Shown here one piece after another: positions 28,665 through 33,581 of a DNA stretch of 33,581 bases. Within the stretch, counting starts at the first letter, position 1. Each line of letters begins with the position of its first letter. A program made the translations under genes and the position numbers. The stretch is from Abditibacteriaceae bacterium. Lineage in GTDB: Bacteria > Armatimonadota > Abditibacteriia > Abditibacteriales > Abditibacteriaceae. Location: positions 1 through 33,581 of the forward strand of contig JANMKN010000089.1 of assembly GCA_031372065.1 (NCBI GenBank), given 5' to 3'. Under the pieces are notes generated by a model, which worked only from the letters and a program-made list of their open reading frames with translations, searched no databases and was not told the origin of the DNA.

Positions 28665-29261
28665 ATGGACGACTGGTTATCATTATCCCCGCGCGATTTA
28701 GCCGCTTTAATAGACAAAATTACGGCAAAAGCGGGCAACAATCCGGCGAGCATCGGACTGACAGGTGACCTTGTGACACAACTTCAAGCGGTGTCAATCG
28801 CTCTGGTGACGCGCCAAAACGCCGTTGATACAACGGGTTTTGCTTATCGGGGCGCCCAGAAAGAGTTGGGCACGCAAGTCAAAGCCAGCAAAGTTTTGCT
28901 GCGCCGCGCGCGCAAGAAAATCGAGGCCAGCGATGCGTCCGAGCAAGATCGCATTGCGGCGGGCGTTCCCAGTCCCAATGACACACCCATGCCCTTGATG
29001 GCGCCGACTGATTTAGTGGTGACGCCAAGCGGCACCGTGAACAAACTTAAGTGGAAGAAGAACGGCAATTCGTCGGGCGTGCAATACGTCATCGAAGTCA
29101 AAATCGCCGACGGTAATTGGACGCTTCTCGATGTCATCACCGCCACCAAATACGAACACACCGGACGCACAGCGGGCCAACGCGTTATGTATCGCATCAA
29201 AGCCCGCAAAGGCCGCGTCACTTCCGATTATTCCAACGAAGCCGGTGTTTACCTGTCGTAA
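28665..29261 (+). CDS. Hypothetical protein: N-terminal helical domain plus C-terminal fibronectin type III-like domain
   Basis: RBS GAGGGAG; APTDL..LKW..YVIE..W..Y..YRIKA..SDYSNEA is an Fn3 pattern; no signal peptide. Confidence 0.85.
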   Translation: MDDWLSLSPRDLAALIDKITAKAGNNPASIGLTGDLVTQLQAVSIALVTRQNAVDTTGFAYRGAQKELGTQVKASKVLLRRARKKIEASDASEQDRIAAGVPSPNDTPMPLMAPTDLVVTPSGTVNKLKWKKNGNSSGVQYVIEVKIADGNWTLLDVITATKYEHTGRTAGQRVMYRIKARKGRVTSDYSNEAGVYLS

Positions 29262-29284
29262 AACACCGCAAAACGACCTGCAAA

Positions 29285-29327
29285 AAACCCTCCGCGCCCG
29301 AATTTCGAGCGCGGAGGGTTTATTTTT
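29285..29327. terminator. Bidirectional intrinsic terminator between convergent genes
   Basis: AAACCCTCCGCGC...GCGCGGAGGGTTT followed by ATTTTT. Confidence 0.8.
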
Positions 29328-29937
29328 AGGGTCTACAAATTGGAATTAAGTAGCGGTAGCCAAGAACGGACAATTCCTCTTCTGTTTGTGCTTTTAGAAT
29401 TAAGTCTGCCATCCATTTTCGCAGGGTGCAGGCCCCAGACCGATTCAAGTCCAGAATTTCTATGGTTTGCGCGGCGCGTTGTTGGTCATGGAGAGAGGCG
29501 GCTGCATTCGGTATTAATTGTCCTGTGTCCGTTCGATAAGAAAAGAATCGCTCAAATGTAAATTCTGCCTCATCAGGTCGTAGTAACGCTTCCTCCCATT
29601 TGTCCAGTTTGGCTTTGTTACAAGCATTGCAGGAAAGAAAAAGGTTCTGCCAAGAACAAACTAAACCATAAAATTCTTCGCGGCTTTTGGGGCGAAAGTG
29701 ATCTATCTGAGATTCACCCATTGCCGCGATAGGATGCCCATCGCAGTAGGCGCATCGTTCGTCCGTCATGACTTTCAATGCTTCTAATATAACTGCGGAA
29801 AGCGATTGGCTTTCGCGGCGCGGCCATTGGAATCGGTAAGCCGGATTTTGCTGCCGTCTGGCAATGTATTCTTGGCCAATAGCTTCACCATATCGCTCTA
29901 CAAGCATCGGAGCCGGGCCTCGTTGGCACTGTTTCAC
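29326..29937 (-). CDS. HNH endonuclease, PtuB/TIGR02646-like
   Basis: RCAYCD, IDHFRPKS, WQNLFLSCNACNKAK, TIEILDLN; GTGA overlap with the ATPase gene. Confidence 0.85.
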   Translation of the reverse strand: MKQCQRGPAPMLVERYGEAIGQEYIARRQQNPAYRFQWPRRESQSLSAVILEALKVMTDERCAYCDGHPIAAMGESQIDHFRPKSREEFYGLVCSWQNLFLSCNACNKAKLDKWEEALLRPDEAEFTFERFFSYRTDTGQLIPNAAASLHDQQRAAQTIEILDLNRSGACTLRKWMADLILKAQTEEELSVLGYRYLIPICRP

Positions 29938-31295
29938 CGAACACCTCTTTGAGCGAGTTGCCTTTCCATTTGGCGCAGTTCGATGGCGATGAGTCCCGAT
30001 AATTCTTCGCTTCGTGCCGCGAGCGAATCGGCTAATTTATGAACTTTGCCATCATCTTCAGAAGCACCCGACAAAAGTTCCTGTTTTGCTGTGTGAAACT
30101 CAGCAAAAGTTTTCTCTGTTTCAATATCGAACTCTGAATCAATGCCAAAAATAGAACGCAAAACGGCGCTGTAACTCACACCAATTTGGCTGTCGCTCTC
30201 GCTTTCGACACTCGCCACGCCATTTTCTACTTTGAAAGTGATTATCCGCGCATCATCCGCTGACGCCACTACGAATGGACTGTGAGTGGAGGCAATTATT
30301 TGGGCATTCGGAAACATTCGCTGCACAATGGGCAGCACTTTGCGTTGCCATGAAGGATGAAGGTGAATATCTACTTCATCAAGTAAGAGTAGAAACGAGC
30401 GTTTCATCGGCGGCGTGTCGTCAACCCACGGAATCCGGTCAAGCCGCATGAGCAAGTCGGCAATCCAACTTACGATAGATTTCAACCCATCCGGCAAAAG
30501 TCCCATATCAATCGTCACACCGTTGCGGCGCACGCGAACATTGTTATCTTCATCGCTGGTAACGAATTTGAATTCCTCTTCGATGATTTCGGAAACCACT
30601 CGCTCAATGTCAAGAACGCTCTGTTTTAGTTGTTCTGAGCGTGCAAGATTGCCGTTTTTCGCGGCTTTCAAATGTTTGAATTCTTGATTGATAATCCACT
30701 CGGCTAAACGTTCGGTGTTGGTTGTTTGAATAAAAGAAAGGCTATTCTCAAAGGGACTGTAGTCTGGCTCTTTGATTACTGTCACTTGCGTATTAGTTAC
30801 AGAACGCATTCCTGCATAAGCAAATGCAGCCCAAGAAGTCTTTTGACGTGAATCAATAGGTAAATTGATGTCGAAGTAAGTAGCTAACTGGTAAGCGTTT
30901 ATTAACTCCGATTTCTGAGATTCGTAATATCCAGCCAACTCGTCATACCCTGATATGATGTGCAAAGTAGTTTTGTCGAACGGGCTTTCTATATCTTGTC
31001 TAATGGGAGCAAACCCAAGCTTATTCCAAGCTAACGCTCGCTGATATCCATCAAAACCTAATGCAGCAAAGGAATTAGTAGACCGCAGCCGCTCCGTTGC
31101 AAGATTACTACTAAGCTCCTGTCCTCCGCAGCTAATAATGCCTGCTGTCACATAAAGCGCCGTGCTTTTGCCCGACCCGTTGGGGCCGACAAGCAAATAC
31201 ACATCGGCCAAATCTGGTTTTTTACCTTCTGGCAGGTTGATAAGAGCATTCTCGAATGGCCCGACTTGATTCAGGTAGATTTTGTCAATTCGCAT
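29934..31295 (-). CDS. ABC/AAA_21-type ATPase, PtuA-like
   Basis: GPNGSGKST; LPDG signature; LLLDEVDIHLHPSWQR; FPNAQIIASTHSPFV. Confidence 0.88.
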   Translation of the reverse strand: MRIDKIYLNQVGPFENALINLPEGKKPDLADVYLLVGPNGSGKSTALYVTAGIISCGGQELSSNLATERLRSTNSFAALGFDGYQRALAWNKLGFAPIRQDIESPFDKTTLHIISGYDELAGYYESQKSELINAYQLATYFDINLPIDSRQKTSWAAFAYAGMRSVTNTQVTVIKEPDYSPFENSLSFIQTTNTERLAEWIINQEFKHLKAAKNGNLARSEQLKQSVLDIERVVSEIIEEEFKFVTSDEDNNVRVRRNGVTIDMGLLPDGLKSIVSWIADLLMRLDRIPWVDDTPPMKRSFLLLLDEVDIHLHPSWQRKVLPIVQRMFPNAQIIASTHSPFVVASADDARIITFKVENGVASVESESDSQIGVSYSAVLRSIFGIDSEFDIETEKTFAEFHTAKQELLSGASEDDGKVHKLADSLAARSEELSGLIAIELRQMERQLAQRGVR

Positions 31296-31349
31296 AATCA
31301 GGTTTTACCTTTCTACATAGTATAGAGTCGGCAATGCCACAAACCAAAA

Positions 31350-31397
31350 AGCGCAAAGAATTTAATTCTTTGCGCTCTCTGCGTCCTCTGCGGTGAA
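31350..31397. repeat. Hairpin plus 9-nt-period CTCTGCG units (partial palindromic repeat or terminator)
   Basis: AGCGCAAAGAATT-T-AATTCTTTGCGCT then CTCTGCGTCCTCTGCGGTGAA. Confidence 0.6.
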
Positions 31398-31401
31398 TTT
31401 T

Positions 31402-33297
31402 CTAAACCGCACCGCCTTGCATTTGTTGTTCCCACAATTCGGCGTAGTAGCCTTGCAGGTTGAGAAGTTCGTCGTGGCTGCCCATTTCGACGATGCGGCC
31501 TTTTTGCATGGCGACGATTAAGTCAGCGGTGCGCGCTACGCTTAAGCGATGGGCGATGATAAAGGTGGTGCGGCCCTCCGAAAGGCGCTCCAAGGCTTCC
31601 AAAACTAAGGCTTCGCTGTTGGCATCAAGGTTACTGGTGGCTTCGTCCAAAATCAAAAGTGCGGGGTCTTTTAAAAACGAACGCGCGATGGCGATGCGCT
31701 GCACTTGACCGCCCGATAAACCGACGCCGCGTTCGCCGACTACGGTATCGTAGCCGTCGGGCAGTTGCGTGATGAATTGCTCGGCGTTGGCGGCGCGGGC
31801 GGCGGCGAAAAGTTCTTCTTCGGTGGCGTTGCGGCGACCATAAAGAATGTTTTCGCGCACCGTGCCGCGAAATAAAACCGGCTGTTGCGGCACGATGCCG
31901 ATGTTGCCGCGCAGCGAATTGGTCGTGACGTTTTGCACGTCCTGATCGTCAATGGTGATGCGTCCGATTTCGGGTTTATAAAAGCGCGACAGCAAATTCA
32001 TCAGCGTGCTTTTGCCCGAACCGCTGCCGCCAACCAAAACAATACGGCTGCCGGGTGGCACTTCAAAATTTATGTCCTGCAAAATCCATTTGCGCTCTTC
32101 GTCGGGATAGCGAAACGAGATGTTTTCAAACTTCACTCCGGTAGGCCGCGTGACTTGCAGTTCCTTGGCGTCTTCGTCGTCTTTGATAATCGGCACCGTA
32201 TCGAAAAACTCCGCCACGCGATTGGCGGCAACGGCTGTCACTTGCAACTGCGCGAACATATTGTTGATGAAGTTGACCGGCGCCAACAGCATTCCGGTGT
32301 ATAAATAAAACAAGCCGACATCGCCCGCCGTGGCCTGTCCGTTAATCACGCGATACGCGCCGAAAACCAAAACGATAATGGTGCCCAGTGTTGAAAGCGA
32401 TTCGGAAACCATCATCAAAACGGCTTGTAAGAAAACTTGGCGCAAGGTGTAGCCGCGCAAAACGCGCACTTGGCCTTGCACGCGGCGCCGTTCGTAATCT
32501 TCGTTGGTGAACGACTGCACTTCTTTAATCATGCCGATGCGCTCTTGCAAGTGCCCGGCGACGCGCGAATTGGTTTCGAGCGTTTGACGACTGGCGCGGC
32601 GCACGCGGCCTTTCATAAAGCGCGTGCTGAGGCCAAATATCGGAATGGTAATCAACGAAACAAGCGCCCATTGCCAGTCGTGAAAAAACAAAATGCCCAG
32701 CGACCAAAGGGCAACCATGAATTGCTGCGAACCTTGAATGAACAACATATCAAAAGCCGCTTGCGCCGTTGCTACATCGCCCATGACGCGTGTGACAATC
32801 GAACCTGTCGGGCGCTGATTGTGAAATTCCAAAGACAAACGCTGAATATGATCGAAAAGCTGATAGCGAATATCGCGCACGGCGTTGGTTTCGGCGACTT
32901 TGCCCCAATAATGGCGTGCTAAAGTCACAATGGCGTGCAGTAACATCAAAGCGGCGAGCGGCGGCAGCATATCGAAGAGCGCTTCAAAACGTTGCGCGTG
33001 CGTTTTGCCTTGCACTTGTATGACGTTGTCCATGACGTTCTTGAAAAAGATCGGCATATAAAGCGGCAAAATCATGCGCAAGAGGCCCGTAATGCCCGCA
33101 CCGGCCAGCCACCATTTATAAGGCTTGGTGTAGGACAGCAGGCGCCACAAATTTTTCAAACTGCCGTCATCGGGCAGTGTGCTTTGTTCGGCATTGCGAT
33201 GGCGTTTGCGGGGTTGCGGTGTCGGAACTGGTGTCGAAACTGGTGGCGCGGCGGCGGATGAAGTGGGGCTGCGATGGAGAATGAAAGGGCTTTTCAT
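31402..33297 (-). CDS. ABC exporter, fused permease/ATP-binding (MsbA-like)
   Basis: N-terminal TM domain; GGSGSGKST; LSGGQVQR; ILDEATSNLD; IAHRLS. Confidence 0.95.
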   Translation of the reverse strand: MKSPFILHRSPTSSAAAPPVSTPVPTPQPRKRHRNAEQSTLPDDGSLKNLWRLLSYTKPYKWWLAGAGITGLLRMILPLYMPIFFKNVMDNVIQVQGKTHAQRFEALFDMLPPLAALMLLHAIVTLARHYWGKVAETNAVRDIRYQLFDHIQRLSLEFHNQRPTGSIVTRVMGDVATAQAAFDMLFIQGSQQFMVALWSLGILFFHDWQWALVSLITIPIFGLSTRFMKGRVRRASRQTLETNSRVAGHLQERIGMIKEVQSFTNEDYERRRVQGQVRVLRGYTLRQVFLQAVLMMVSESLSTLGTIIVLVFGAYRVINGQATAGDVGLFYLYTGMLLAPVNFINNMFAQLQVTAVAANRVAEFFDTVPIIKDDEDAKELQVTRPTGVKFENISFRYPDEERKWILQDINFEVPPGSRIVLVGGSGSGKSTLMNLLSRFYKPEIGRITIDDQDVQNVTTNSLRGNIGIVPQQPVLFRGTVRENILYGRRNATEEELFAAARAANAEQFITQLPDGYDTVVGERGVGLSGGQVQRIAIARSFLKDPALLILDEATSNLDANSEALVLEALERLSEGRTTFIIAHRLSVARTADLIVAMQKGRIVEMGSHDELLNLQGYYAELWEQQMQGGAV

Positions 33298-33513
33298 AGC
33301 GGATCCCGGCGCCGATGAGGAATCACAAGGCGCCGCTTCGCCATTACATTGCTGAATTGTTCAGGGGAAGAATTCGGCTGTGCAACACGAAGCCGATGAA
33401 GATTTTGTGCGCCAAACAAAGCGCATAAACCTACTTTTAACCCAATCTTTCCCGCTTGCTAACCCATTTTAAGAAGGTAATTACTGTTTTTCTAAAAAGG
33501 AGCGTGACAAAAC

Positions 33514-33572
33514 GTAGGGGCGAACCTTGTGTTCGCCAACGGGTTTTGGGCGAAAACAAGGGTCGGCCCTAC
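33514..33572. repeat. GTAG-family REP doublet (REPIN-like)
   Basis: GTAGGGGCGAACCTTGTGTTCGCC and inverted copy GTAGGGCCGACCCTTGTTTTCGCCC. Confidence 0.8.
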
Positions 33573-33581
33573 AGTTTTAAT

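Noticed and set aside
31296..31401. Retron msr-msd upstream of the PtuAB-like genes
   Set aside because: No reverse transcriptase gene is present; the gap is short and explained by a hairpin/repeat.

Overview
Bacterial chromosomal window of moderate GC with several visibly AT-richer inserted genes. The gene content (DUF1501 with DUF1549/DUF1553 cytochrome, CSLREA/Calx-beta adhesin, secretin-like orphan) would fit an Abditibacteriota/Armatimonadota-like or PVC-like organism; this is inference. It holds housekeeping and metabolic genes (gpmI, DUF1015, YdcF, TPP dehydrogenase E1 alpha, TspO, ABC exporter), an AraC-divergent amidohydrolase-Rieske-PSD1-DUF1501 operon, a Septu/PtuAB-like ATPase+HNH pair, a presenilin/SPP-like GxGD protease and many intergenic palindromes of several families. 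The most unusual signal is a module that occurs twice: a degenerate 21-bp-period tandem array directly upstream of an orphan alpha-helical protein gene (11171-12084 and 28352-29261). By eye both the arrays and the proteins look distantly related, and one gene is split at a C-AAA-AAG site. Also notable are a perfect 37-bp palindrome that encodes the signal peptide of the PSD1 protein and a duplicated 3' fragment of the DUF1501 gene bracketing an AT-rich orphan. All family assignments come from motif recognition, not database searches.
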